Part shown: positions 1-14,330 of the stretch, piece after piece | Position numbering within the stretch: position 1 is the stretch's first letter | Layout of the letters: the number at the start of each line of letters is the position of its first letter | Assembly: GCA_040954595.2 (NCBI GenBank) | Contig: CM082590.2 | Location: forward strand, 3,100,001 to 3,164,000 | DNA from: Balanoglossus misakiensis | Lineage: Eukaryota; Animalia; Hemichordata | Direction: 5' to 3' | DNA length: 64,000 nt | Notes under the pieces: model-generated | What the model was told of the DNA's origin: nothing | What the model saw: the letters and a program-made list of their open reading frames with translations, nothing else | Databases searched by the model: none | Program-made: the position numbers and the translations under genes

Positions 1-1410
1 TTGGCTCCAATAAGGTTTAACCAATCACAATTCACTTGAAAACTTGATTAGAAAAAGTGTTTTAATGATATTTTTCAAAAATCTAATAAGGAATTCTAAG
101 TCACATGACTACTAGCAATATTACAGTCAAACTTTGAACTGCACAGTATATTCGAACTTGATTGTCCCTGTAGTTTTGGAAAAGAACTGTCATCTTTTAA
201 AGGTTATCAGAAAATCCAATATGGCCACCCTGAAGAAGACAATTAAAGGAACATGCAGCATTACAGGGACCAAAGCAGTTAGCATGGTTCCAACAGAAAG
301 CAAACTCTGTATCTGTTGTGGATGCTTAGAAATGGTAGGTAAGCCAGAGGTCACGGAAATTTGTGGCAACAAATTTTGACATCAAACTGATCAGTGTTCA
401 ACAAAAAAACAGACTTTTATTCTCAATTGGTTAACTAGAAAAAGCTTATGTACACAACTTTTGTGTTAAAGTTTAAAACTTTATTAGGTGTTTAAGGCCT
501 AAAAATCTGAAGGCTGTATCTGCTGTGCAGGCCAGGTTATGGGAAAGTACATCAAAGGTCATTGCCAAAATTATCAAAATATTTGGGTTATGTCCTGGCA
601 GCAGTAGTACTCTTTGAACAAAATCATGACTGTTGAGCTTTTTATCAAGAGCCATATCCACATAAAATTAAGTTATGGAATTACTGGATCAAAGGACATG
701 CGAGAGTCGCCAACAAATTGTTTAATCAAATACTGAAAAAAAACTGGATCAAAGAACATATGAAAGTTGTCAAAAAATGTAACATATTCTAGTCATATGG
801 TGACTCGTATCCACAGAAAGAATTTGTGTGCTTTCAATGAGTAGGATAAAAAAAGGAATTTTAGCTTTTAATCGGAGTTCAGAAAATCCAATTTGGCTCT
901 GATAAGGTTAAACCAATCACAATTCACTTGAAAACTTGATTAGAAAAAGATTTTCGTAATTTTTGAATGAGATTTTTAAAAAATCCAATAAGGCACCAAA
1001 AGTCACATGACCACTAATGATATTTTATCAAACTTTCAACCGCACAGTAAATTAGAACTTGATTGGCCCTGTAGTTTATGAAAATGTCAACCTTTAAAGC
1101 TTATTAGAAAATCCAATATGGCCGCCATGAAGAAGACAATTACAACTAAAAGTAGCATTGGAGGGACCAAGGTGTTAAGCATGGTTCCAACAGAAAGCAG
1201 AGGCTGTGTCTGTTGTGGATGCCCAGAAATGGTAAAGTACGCCAGAGGTGAGGCAAAATGTGCCAACAAAATTTGATACCAAACTGATCAGTGTCCAACA
1301 AAAAGCAGACTTCTACGCTTTATTGGTTAACTTTAAATAGCTCATATACATAATTAGTGTGTTAAAGTTAACACATGCACTTCATTAGGTGTTCCAGTCC
1401 TCTAAATTTA

Positions 1411-3213
1411 CAAGTGACCTATTGGTCAAATGAGCTCTGCTGACCTTAACAGTGTAACCTGGGCGATGATATGAATACCCTAGGTTTTAATTCATAACAA
1501 TTGTATTCTATTGAACAAAACCAAACATAGACATCACAAGTATTTATGCAAATTCAGCTTGATTCATTGCACTAAAGAAAGAAAGAATTGAATTCTAAAG
1601 AACAACATCAAAAGGAAGTACCAATGTTCTAATTTGCATATTCATGACCCCATCAAAATTCCAATAAAACAAAATCAGGTAGGGGCACCATAACACACAT
1701 TCTACCAAATTTCAACTCCATCGTACATGTATTTAGGGAGAAGATTTTTTTACCAAAAATTATATTTTTAGATCTAATTTGCATATTTATGACCCCATCA
1801 TATCCAAATTAGCAAAATCAGGTAGGGGCACCATAACACACATTCCTACTAAATTTCAGCGCCATCGTACATGTAGTTAGGGAGAAGAAGATTTTTGACC
1901 AAAAATTCTATTTTTAGATCTAATTTGCATATTTATGACCCCATCATATCCAAATTAGCAAAATCAGGTAGGGGCACCATAACACACATTCCTACTAAAT
2001 TTCAGCGCCATCGTACATGTAGTTAGGGAGAAGAAGATTTTTGACCAAAAATTCTATTTTTAGATCTAATTTGCATATTTATGACCCAATCAAATCCAAA
2101 TTAACAAAATCAGGTAGGGACACTATAACACACATTCCTACTAAATTTCAGCTCCATCGTACAAATAGTTAGGGAGAAGAAGATTTTTTACCAAAAATTA
2201 TATTTTTAGATCTAATTTACATATTCATGACCCGATCATATCCAAATTTATAAAATCAGGTACGGGCATCATAACACACATTCCTACCATATTTCAGCTC
2301 CATCGTACATGTAGTTAGGGAGAAGAAAATTTTTGACCAAAAATTATATTTTTAGATCTAATTTGCATATTTATGACCCCATCAAATCCAAATTTACAAA
2401 ATCAGGTAGGGGCACCATAACACACATTCCTACCAAATTTCAGCTCCATTGTACATGTAGTTATGGAGAAGAAGATTTTTTACCAAAATTCTATTTTTAG
2501 ATCTAATTTGCATATTTATGACCCCATCAAATCCAAATTTACAAAATCAGGTAGGGGCACCATAACACACATTCCTGCCAAATTTCAGGTCCATTGCACA
2601 TGTAGTTGTGGAGAAGAAGATTTTTACCAAAAGTTCCATTTTTAGATCTAATTTGCATATTCATGACCCCATCAAATCCAAATTAAAAAAATCAGTTAAA
2701 GGCACCATAACACATATTCCAACCAAATTTCAGCTAAATATGCCCAGTTGTTTTAAAGAAGAAGATTGAAATACAAAAAGTTGACGGACGACAGACGACT
2801 GACGACAGACGACGGACGAAGGACGGACACTTATCAACCTACTGCTACAGCTCGGCTGACACAAGTGACAGCAGAGCTAAAAATCAGGTAGGGACACCAT
2901 AACACACATTCCTACCAAATTTCAGCTCCATCGTACATGTAGTTAGGGAGAAGAAGATTTTTTTACCAAAATTTTTATTTTTAGATCTAATTTGCATATT
3001 CATGACCCGATCAAATCCAAATTAACAAAATCAGGTAAGGGCACCATAACACACATTCTAACAAAATTTCAGCTAAATATGCCAAGTAGTTTTATAGAAG
3101 AAGATTGAAATACCAAAAGTTGACGGACGACGGATGACGGACGACAGACGACGGACAGACATTTATCAACCTACTGCTACAGCTCGGCTGACACAAGTGA
3201 CAGCAGAGCTAAT
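1411..3213 (+). mobile_element. HINE/pearl-like non-autonomous (Helentron-associated) element inserted in a satellite monomer; 3' end duplicated
   Basis: It interrupts the monomer junction TCTAAATTTA|AAAGCTGTATC, which is intact at ~5137. 5' sub-terminal AGCTCTGCTG (~1433) pairs with 3' CAGCAGAGCT. It has 146-bp core repeats, a (GACG/GGAC)n tract at 2782-2830 and 3122-3160, and a 3' hairpin AGCTCGGCTG..CAGCAGAGCT. Confidence 0.75.
1630..2760 (+). repeat. 146-bp tandem core repeat (~7-8 copies) inside the HINE-like element
   Basis: GACCC at 1791, 1937, 2083, etc. (period 146). Most units carry ATTTGCAT. Confidence 0.95.
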
Positions 3214-6079
3214 AAAAGCTGTATCTGCTGTGCATGCCAAGTTTTGGAAATGTAGATCAAGGGTCATTGCCAAAATTATCAAAATATTTGGGTTATGTCC
3301 TGCCAGAGTAGTACTCATGTGAACAGAATCATGACTGTTGTGCTTTTTAACAAGAGACATATCAATGTACAATTAAGTTCTGAAAGATCTTGATCAAAGG
3401 GAAAATGAAAGTTGCAAAAAATTGTATAATTAAGTGTTAAAAAAAGGATCAATGGACATGTGAAAGTTGACAAAAAATTTTAACATTCTGGTCTTATGTT
3501 GACTCTATCCATAAAAAGGCTTGGTGTGCTATCATTCAGTAGCCTACAAATAGGAAATTTTAGTTTTTAATCGGAGTTCAGAAAATCCAATTAGGCTTCA
3601 ATAAGGTTTAACCAATCACATTTTACGCGAAAGCGTGATTAAAAAAAGATTTTGGAAATTTTTCATGGGATTTTTCAAAAATCCATAATAAATCCAAATT
3701 CACATGAACACTAACAATATTATTTTAAAAAATTGGAACGTACAGTAAATTAGAACTTGATTGGCCTTGTAATTTTTGAAAAAAAATGTCAACTTTTAAA
3801 GGCTATCAGAAAATCCAATATGGCCACCATGAAGAAGACAATTAAAAGAACATGCAGCATCACAAGGGCCAAAGCAGTTAGCATGGTTCCAACAGAAAGC
3901 AAACTCTGTATCTGTTATGGATTCTTAGAATGGTAGGTAAGCCAGAGGTCACGGAAATTTGTGCCAACAAATTTTGATATCAAACTGATAAGTGTCCAAC
4001 AAGAACCAAACTTCTAAGCTCAATTGGTTAACTTTAAATAGGAATTAAGTAGATCATGGCCAAAATTATCAAAATATTTGGGTTATGTCCAGGCAGCAAT
4101 AGTACTCATGTGTACAAAATCATGACTGTTGTGCTTTTTAACAAGAGACATATCCAAGTAGATCAAGGGTCATGGCCAAAATTATCAAAATATTTGGGTT
4201 ATGTCCTGGCAGCAATAAAACTCATGTGAACAAAATCATGACTGTTGTGCTTTTTAACAAGAGACATATCCAAGTAGATCAATGGTCATTGCCAAAATTA
4301 TCAAAATATTTGGGTTATGTCCTGGCAGCAGTAGTACTCTATGAACAAAATCATGACTGTTGAGCTTTTTATCAAGAGCAAGAGCCATATCCACATAAAA
4401 TTAAGTTATGGAATTACTGGGTCAAAGGACATGCGAGAGTTGCCAACAAATTGTTTAATCAAGTTTTGAAAAAAACTGGATCAAAGGACATGTGAAAGTT
4501 GCCAAAAATGTAACGTATTCTAGTCATATGGCGACTCGTATCCATAAAATTAATTTGTGTGCTTTCAATGAGTAGGCTAGAAATAGGAAATCTTAGTTTT
4601 TAATCAGTGTTCAGAAAAATCCAATTTGGCTCCAATAAGGTGACACCAATCACAATTCACTTGAAAACTTGATTAGAAAAAGATGTTCTGTAATTTTTTA
4701 ATGAGATTTTTAAACAATCCAATTAGGCACCCAAAGTCACATGACCACTAATGATATTTTTGTCAAACTTTCAACCCTACAGTAAACTAGAATTTGATTT
4801 GCCCTGTAGTTTATGAAAATGTCAACTTTTAAAGGTTATTAGAAAATCCAATATGGCCACCATGAAGAAGACAATTAGAGCTACAAGCAGCATTGGAGTG
4901 GCCAAAGCGGTTAGCATGGTTCCAACAGAAAGCAAAGGCTGTATCTGTTGTGGATGCCTAGAAATGGTAAAATATGCCAGAGGTGATGCAAAATGTGCCA
5001 ACAAAATTTGATACCAAACTGATCAATGTCCAACAAAAAGCAGACTTCTACGCTTTATTAGTTAACTTTAAATAGCTTATATACATAATTATTGTGTTAA
5101 AGTTAATACATGTACTTCATTAGGTGTTCCAAGCCTCTAAATTTAAAAGCTGTATCTGCTGTACATGCCAAGTTATGGGAATGTAGATCAAAAGTTACTG
5201 CCAAAATTATCAAAATATTTGGGTTATGTCCTGGCAGCAGTAGTACTCATGTGAACAAAATCACGACTGTTGTGCTTATTTAACAAGAGGCATATCAACG
5301 TAGAATTAAGTTCTGAAAGATCTGGATCAAAAGACGAATGAAAGTTGCAAAAAAATAGTATAATTAAGTGTTGAAAAAATGGATGAAAGGACATGTGAAA
5401 GTTGATAAAAATTGTTTAACATATTCTGGACTTATGGTGACTCGTATCCATAAAAAGGATTGGTGTGCTATCATTCAGTAGCCTTGAAATAGGAAATTTT
5501 AGTTTTTAATCGGAGTTCAGACAATCCAATTTGACTTCAATAAGGTTTAACCAATCACAATTCACTTGAAAGCTTGATTAAAAAAGATTTTGGAAATTTT
5601 TCATGAGTTTTTGAAAAAATCCATAATGAATCCAAATTCACATGACCACTATAAATATAATTGAAAAAAAAATGGAACGGCCAGTAAATTAGAACTTGAT
5701 TGGCCCTGCAGTTTAGAAAAAAATGTCCACTTTTAGAGATTATCAGAAAATCCAATATGGCCGCCATGAAGAAGACCCAACTATAAGCAGCATTGGAGTG
5801 ACCAAAGTGGTTAGCATGGTTCCAACAGAAAGCAAAGGCTGTATCTGTTATGGATGCTGAGAAATGGTAAGTAAGCCAGAGGTCAGGCAAATTTGTGCCA
5901 ACAAATTTTGACATCAAACTGATAAGTGTCCAACAAGAACCAAACTTCTAAGCTCAATTGGTTAACTTTAAATAGGATAAGTACATAATGATTGTGTTAA
6001 AAATTAATACTTCATTAGGTGTTCCAGTCCTCAAAATTTGAAAGCCGTATCTGCTGTGCATGGCAAGTTATGGGAAAGA

Positions 6080-8490
6080 AGATCATGGCCAAAATTATCA
6101 AAATATTTGGGTTATGTCCTGGCAGCAATAGTACTCATGTGTACAAAATCATGACTGTTGTGCTTTTTAACAAGAGACATATCCAAGTAGATCAAGGGTC
6201 ATGGCCAAAATTATCAAAATATTTGGGTTATGTCCTGGCAACAATAAAACTCATGTGAACAAAATCATGACTGTTGTGCTTTTTAACAAGAGACATATCC
6301 AAGTAGATCAAGGGTCATGGCCGAAATAATCAAAATATTTGGGTTATGTCCTGGCAGCAATAAAATTCATATGAACAAAATCATGACTGTTGTGCTTTTT
6401 AACAAGAGACATATCCAAGTAGATCAAGGGTCATTGCCAAAATTATCCAAATATTTGGGTTATGTCCTGGCAGCAATAAAACTCATGTGAACAAAATCAT
6501 GACTATTGTGCTTTTTAACAAGAGACATATCCAAGTAGATCAAGGGTCATTGCCAAAATGATCAAAATATATGTCCTGGCAGCAATAAAACTCATGTGAA
6601 CAAAATCATGACTGTTGTGCTTTTTAACAAGAGACATATCCAAGTAGATCAAGGGTCATTGCCAAAATTATCAAAATATTTGGGTTATGTCCTGGCAGCA
6701 ATAAAACTCATGTGAACAAAATCATGACTGTTGTGCTTTTTAACAAGAGACATATCAAAGTAGATCAAGGGTCATTGCCAAAATTATCAAAATATTTGGG
6801 TTATGTCCAGGCACCAATAGTACTCATGTGAACAAAATCATGACTGTTGTGCTTTTTAACAAGAGACATATCCAAGTAGATCAAGGGTCATTGCCAAAAT
6901 TATCAAAATATTTGGGTTATGTCCAGGCAGCAATAGTACTCATGTGAACAAAATCATGACTGTTGTGCTTTTTAACAAGAGGCATATCCAAGTAGATCAA
7001 GGGTCATTGCCAAAATTATCAAAATATTTGGGTTACGTCCAGGCAGCAATAGTACTCATGTGAACAAAATCATGACTGTTGTGCTTTTTAACAAGAGACA
7101 TATCCAAGTAGATCAAGGGTCATTGCCAAAATTATCAAAATATTTGGGTTATGTCCAGGCAGCAATAGTACTCATGTGAACAAAATCATGACTGTTGTGC
7201 TTTTTAACAAGAGACATATCCAAGTAGATCAAGGGTCATTACCAAGATTATCAAAATATTTGGGTTATGTCCTGGCAGCAATAAAACTCATGTGAACAAA
7301 ATCATGACTGTTGTGCCTTTTAACAAGAGACATATCCAAGTAGATCAAGGGTCATTGCCAAAATTATCAAAATATTTGGGTTATGTCCTGGCAGCAATAA
7401 AACTCATGTGAACAAAATCATGACTGTTGTGCTTTTTAACAAGAGACATATCCAAGTAGATCAAGGGTCATTGCCATGATTATCAAAATATTTGGGTTAT
7501 GTCCTGGCAGCAATAAAACTCATGTGAACAAAATCATGACTGTTGTGCTTTTAACAAGAGACATATCCAAGTAGATCAAGGGTCATTGCCAAAATTATCA
7601 AAATATTTGGGTTATGTCCAGGCAGCAATAGTACTCATGTGAACAAAATCATGACTGTTGTGCTTTTTAACAAGAGACATATCCAAGTAGATCAAGGGTC
7701 ATTACCAAGATTATCAAAATATTTGGATTATGTCCTGGCAGCAATAAAACTCATGTGAACAAAATCATGACTGTTGTGCCTTTTAACAAGAGACATATCC
7801 AAGTAGATCAAGGGTCATTGCCAAAATTATCAAAATATTTGGGTAATGTCCTGGCAGCAATAAAACTCATGTGAACAAAATCATGACTGTTGTGCTTTTT
7901 AACAAGAGACATATCCAAGTAGATCAAGGGTCATTGCCAAAATTATCAAAATATTTGGGTTATGTCCTGGCAGCAATAAAACTCATGTGAACAAAATCAT
8001 GACTGTTGTGCTTTTTAACAAGAGACATATCCAAGTAGATCAAGGGTCATTGCCAAAGTTATCAAAATATTTGGGTTATGTCCTGGCAGCGACAAAACTC
8101 ATGTGAACAAAATCATGACTGTTGTGCTTTTTAACAAGAGACATATCCAAGTAGATCAAGGGTCATGGCCAAAATTATCAAAATATTTGGGTTATGTCCT
8201 GGGAACAATAAAACTCATGTGAACAAAATCATGACTGTTGTGCTTTTTAACAAGAGACATATCCAAGGGATCAAGGGTCATTACCAAGATTATCAAAATA
8301 TTTGGGTTATGTCCTGGCAGCAATAAAACTCATGTGAACAAAATCATGACTGTTGTGCTTTTTAACAAGAGACATATCCAAGTAGATCAAGGGTCATTGC
8401 CAAAATTATCAAAATATTTGGGTTATGTCCTGGCAGCAGTAGTACTCTTTGAACAAAATCATGACTGTTGAGCTTTTTATCAAGAGCCAT
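6080..8490 (+). repeat. 116-bp minisatellite, ~21 copies (largest expansion)
   Basis: ATCCAAGTAGATCAAGGGTC at 6181, 6297, 6413, etc. (period 116). Units are contiguous with no spacers. Confidence 0.95.
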
Positions 8491-9022
8491 ATCCACATAA
8501 AATTAAGTTATGGAATTACTGGATCAAAGGACATGCGAGAGTCGCCAACAAATTGTTTAATCAAATACTGAAAAAAAACTGGATCAAAGAACATATGAAA
8601 GTTGTCAAAAAATGTAACATATTCTAGTCATATGGTGACTCGTATCCACAGAAAGAATTTGTGTGCTTTCAATGAGTAGGATAAAAAAAGGAATTTTAGC
8701 TTTTAATCGGAGTTCAGAAAATCCAATTTGGCTCTGATAAGGTTAAACCAATCACAATTCACTTGAAAACTTGATTAGAAAAAGATTTTCGTAATTTTTG
8801 AATGAGATTTTTAAAAAATCCAATAAGGCACCAAAAGTCACATGACCACTAATGATATTTTATCAAACTTTCAACCGCACAGTAAATTAGAACTTGATTG
8901 GCCCTGTAGTTTATGAAAATGTCAACCTTTAAAGCTTATTAGAAAATCCAATATGGCCGCCATGAAGAAGACAATTACAACTAAAAGTAGCATTGGAGGG
9001 ACCAAGGTTCCAACAGAAAGCA

Positions 9023-9524
9023 GACCCCATCAAAATTCCAATTAACAAAATCAGGTAGGGGCACCATACCACACATTCCTACCAATTTTCAGCTCCATCG
9101 TACATGTAGTTAGGGAGAAGAAGATTTTTTTACCAAAAATTTTATTTTTAGATCTAATTTGCATATTCATGACCCGATCAAATCCAAATTAACAAAATTA
9201 GGTAGGGACACCATAACACACATTCCTACCAAATTTCAGCTCCATCGTACATGTAGTTAGGGAGAAGATTTTTTTACCAAAAATTTTATTTTTAGATCTA
9301 ATTTGCATATTCATGACCCGATCAAATCCAAATTAACAAAATCAGGTAAGGGCACCATAACACACATTCCAACCAAATTTCAGCTAAATATGCCAAGTAG
9401 TTTTATAGAAGAAGATTGAAATACCAAAAGTTGACGGACGACGGATGACGGACGACAGACGACGGACAGACATTTATCAACCTACTGCTACAGCTCGGCT
9501 GACACAAGTGACAGCAGAGCTAAT
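9023..9524 (+). mobile_element. 5'-truncated second copy of the HINE-like element
   Basis: Same core repeats, GACG tract and 3' junction (CAGCAGAGCTAATAAAAGCTGTATC) as 2881-3220. Confidence 0.85.
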
Positions 9525-10283
9525 AAAAGCTGTATCTGCTGTGCATGCCAAGTTTTGGAAATGTAGATCAAGGGTCATTGCCAAAATTATCAAAATATTT
9601 GGGTTATGTCCTGCCAGAGTAGTACTCATTTGAACAAAATCATGACTGTTGTGCTTTTTAACAAGAGACATATCAATGTACAATTAAGTTCTGAAAGATC
9701 TTGATCAAAGGGAAAATGAAAGTTGCAAAAAATTGTATAATTAAGTGTTAAAAAAAGGATCAATGGACATGTGAAAGTTGACAAATTTTTTTAACATTCT
9801 TGTCTTATGTTGACTCTATCCATAAAAAGGCTTGGTGTGCTATCATTCAGTAGCCTACAAATAGGAAATTTTAGTTTTTAATCGGAGTTCAGAAAATCCA
9901 ATTAGGCTTCAATAAGGTTTAACCAATCACAATTTACGCGAAAGCTTGATTAAAAAAAGATTTTGGAAATTTTTCATGGTATTTTTCAAAAATCCATAAT
10001 AAATCCAAATTCACATGAACACTAACAATATTATTTTAAAAAATTGGAACGTACAGTAAATTAGAACTTGATTGGCCTTGTAATTTTTGAAAAAAAATGT
10101 CAACTTTTAAAGGTTATCAGAAAATCCAATATGGCCACCATGAAGAAGACAATTAAAAGAACATGCAGCATCACAGGGGCCAAAGCAGTTAGCATGGTTC
10201 CAACAGAAAGCAAACTCTGTATCTGTTATGGATTCTTAGAATGGTAGGTAAGCCAGAGGTCACGCAAATTTGTGCCAACAAAT

Positions 10284-11159
10284 TTTGATATCAAACTGAT
10301 AAGTGTCCAACAAGAACCAAACTTCTAAGCTCAATTGGTTAACTTTAAATAGGATAAGTACATAATGATTGTGTTAAAGATTAATACTTCATTAGGTGTT
10401 CCAGTCCTCTATATTTGAAAGCCATATCTGCTGTGCATGTCAAATTATGGGAAAGTAGATCATGGCCAAAATTATCAAAATATTTGGGTTATGTCCAGGC
10501 AGCAATAGTACTCATGTGTACAAAATCATGACTGTTGTGCTTTTTAACAAGAGACATATGCAAGTAGATCAAGGGTTTGATATCAAACTGATAAGTGTCC
10601 AACAAGAACCAAACTTCTAAGCTCAATTGGTTAACTTTAAATAGGATAAGTACATAATGATTGTGTTAAAGATTAATACTTCATTAGGTGTTCCAGTCCT
10701 CTATATTTGAAAGCCATATCTGCTGTGCATGTCAAATTATGGGAAAGTAGATCATGGCCAAAATTATCAAAATATTTGGGTTATGTCCAGGCAGCAATAG
10801 TACTCATGTGTACAAAATCATGACTGTTGTGCTTTTTAACAAGAGACATATGCAAGTAGATCAAGGGTTTGATATCAAACTGATAAGTGTCCAACAAGAA
10901 CCAAACTTCTAAGCTCAATTGGTTAACTTTAAATAGGATAAGTACATAATGATTGTGTTAAAGATTAATACTTCATTAGGTGTTCCAGTCCTCTATATTT
11001 GAAAGCCATATCTGCTGTGCATGTCAAATTATGGGAAAGTAGATCATGGCCAAAATTATCAAAATATTTGGGTTATGTCCAGGCAGCAATAGTACTCATG
11101 TGTACAAAATCATGACTGTTGTGCTTTTTAACAAGAGACATATGCAAGTAGATCAAGGG
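10284..11159 (+). repeat. 292-bp segment in three tandem copies
   Basis: TTTGATATCAAACTGATAAG at 10284, 10576 and 10868. The copies look identical by eye. Confidence 0.9.
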
Positions 11160-13296
11160 TCATGGCCAAAATTATCAAAATATTTGGGTTATGTCCTGGC
11201 AGCAATAAAACTCATGTGAACAAAATCATGACTGTTGTGCTTTTTAACAAGAGACATATCCAAGTAGATCAAGGGTCATGGCCAAAATTATCAAAATATT
11301 TGGGTTATGTCCTGGCAGCAATAAAACTCATGTGAACAAAATCATGACTGTTGTGCTTTTTAACAAGAGACATATCCAAGTAGATCAAGGGTCATTGCCA
11401 AAATTATCAAAATATTTGGGTTATGTCCTGGCAGCAATAAAACTCATGTGAACAAAATCATGACTGTTGTGCTTTTTAACAAGAGACATATCCAAGTAGA
11501 TCAAGGGTCATTGCCAAAATTATCAAAATATTTGGGTTATGTCCTGGCAGCAGTAGTACTCTTTGAACAAAATCATGACTGTTTAGCTTTTTATCAAGAG
11601 CCATATCCACATAAAATTTAGTTATGGAATTACTGGGTCAAAGGACATGCGAGAGTTGCCAACAAATTGTTTAATCAAGTTTTGAAAAAACTGGATCAAA
11701 GGACATGTGAAAGTTGCCAAAAAATGTAACGTATTCTAGTCATATGGCGACTCGTATCCATAAAATTAATTTGTGTGCTTTCAATGAGTAGGCTAGAAAT
11801 AGAAAATCTTAGTTTTTAATCAGTGTTTAGAAAAATCCAATTTGGCTCCAATAAGGTGACACCAATCACAATTCACTTGAAAACTTGATTAGAAAAAGAT
11901 GTTCTGTAATTTTTTAATGAGATTTTTAAACAATCCAATTAGGCACCCAAAGTCACTTGACCACTAATGATATTTTTGTCAAACTTTCAACCCTACAGTA
12001 AACTAGAATTTGATTGGCCCTGTAGTTTATGAAAATGTCAACTTTTAAAGGTTATTAGAAATTCCAATATGGCCACCATGAAGAAGACAATTAGAGCTAC
12101 AAGCAGCATTGGAGTGGCCAAAGCGGTTAGCATGGTTCCAACAGAAAGCAAATGCTGCATCTGTTGTGGATGCCTAGAAATGGTAAAGTATGCCAGAGGT
12201 GATGCAAAATGTGCCAACAAAATTTGATACCAAACTGATCAGTGTCCAACAAAAAGCAGACTTCTACGCTTTATTGGTTAACTTTAAATAGCTTATATAC
12301 ATAATTATTGTGTTAAAGTTAATACATGTACTTTATTAGGTGTTCCAGTCCTCTAAATTTAAAAGCTGTATCTGCTGTGCATGCCAAGTTATGGGAATGT
12401 AGATCAAAAGTTACTGCCAAAATTATCAAAATATTTGGGTTATGTCCGGGCAGCAGTAGTACTCATGTGAACAAAATCACGACTCTTGTGCTTTTTAACA
12501 AGAGGCATATCAACGTAGAATTAAGTTCTGAAAGATCTGGATCAAAAGACGAATGACAGTTGCAAAAAAATTGTATAATTAAGTGTTGAAAAAATGGATG
12601 AAAGGACATGTGAAAGTTGATAAAAATTGTTTAACATATTCTGGTCTTATGGTGACTCGTATCCATAAAAAGGATTGGTGTGCTATCATTCAGTAGCCTT
12701 GAAATAGGAAATTTTAGTTTTTAATCGGAGTTCAGACAATCCAATTTGGCTTCAATAAGGTTTAACCAATCACAATTCACTTGAAAGCTTGATTAAAAAA
12801 GATTTTGGAAATTTTTCATGAGTTTTTGAAAAAATCCATAATGAATCCAAATTCACATGACCACTATTAATATAATTGAAAAAAAAAATTGGAACGGCCA
12901 GTAAATTAGAACTTGATTGGCCCTGCAGTTTAGAAAAAAATGTCAACTTTTAGAGATTATCAGAAAATCCAATATGGCCGCCATGAAGAAGACCCAACTA
13001 TAAGCAGCATTGGAGTGACCAAAGTGGTTTGCATGGTTCCAACAGAAAGCAAAGGCTGTATATGTTATGGATGCTAAGAAATGGTAAGTAAGCCAGAGGT
13101 CACGCAAATTTGTGCCAACAAATTTTGATATCAAACTGATAAGTGTCCAACAAGAACCAAACTTCTTAGCTCAATTGGTTAACTTTAAATAGGATAAGTA
13201 CATAACGATTGTGTTAAAGATTAATACTTCATTAGGTGTTCCAGTCCTCTAAATTTGAAAGCCGTATCTGCTGTGCATGGCAAGTTATGGGAAAGT

Positions 13297-14330
13297 AGAT
13301 CATGGCCAAAATTATCAAAATATTTGGGTTATGTCCAGGCAGCAATAGTACTCATGTGTACAAAATCATGACTGTTGTGCTTTTTAACAAGAGACATATC
13401 CAAGTAGATCAAGGGTCATTGCCAAAATTATCAAAATATTTGGGTTATGTCCTGGCAACAATAAAACTCATGTGAACAAAATCATGACTGTTGTGCTTTT
13501 TAACAAGAGACATATCCAAGTAGATCAAGGGTCATTGCCAAAATGATCAAAATATATGGGTTGTGTCCTGGCAGCAATAAAACTCATGTAAACAAAATCA
13601 TGACTGTTGTGCTTTTTAACAAGAGACATATCCAAGTAGATCAAGGGTCATTGCCAAAATTATCAAAATATTTGGGTTATGTCCTGGCAGCAATAAAACT
13701 CATGTGAACAAAATCATGACTGTTGTGCTTTTTAACAAGAGACATATCCAAGTAGATCAAGGGTAGTTGCCAAAATTATCAAAATATTTGGGTTATGTCC
13801 AGGCAGCAATAGTACTCATGTGAACAAAATCATGACTGTTGTGCTTTTTAACAAGAGACATATCCAAGTAGATCAAGGGTCATTGCCAAAATTATCAAAA
13901 TATTTGGGTTATGTCCAGGCAGCAATAGTACTCATGTGAACAAAATCATGACTGTTGTGCTTTTTAACAAGAGGCATATCCAAGTAGATCAAGGGTCATT
14001 GCCAAAATTATCAAAATATTTGGGTTATGTCCTGGCAGCAGTAGTACTCATATGAACAAAATCACGACTGTTGTGCTTTTTAACAAGAGGCATATCCAAG
14101 TAGATCAAGGGTCATTGCCAAAATTATCAAAATATTTGGGTTATGTCCAGGCAGCAATAGTACTCATGTGAACAAAATCATGACTGTTGTGCTTTTTAAC
14201 AAGAGACATATCCAAGTAGATCAAGGGTCATTGCCAAAATTATCAAAATATTTGGGTTATGTCCTGGCAGCAGTAGTACTCATGTAAACAAAATCACGAC
14301 TGTTGTGCTTTTTAACAAGAGGCATATCAA
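13297..14330 (+). repeat. 116-bp minisatellite block (~9 copies)
   Basis: Same 116-bp unit. Further blocks at ~4030-4380, 11040-11600, 15110-15800 and 16576-17620. Confidence 0.9.
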
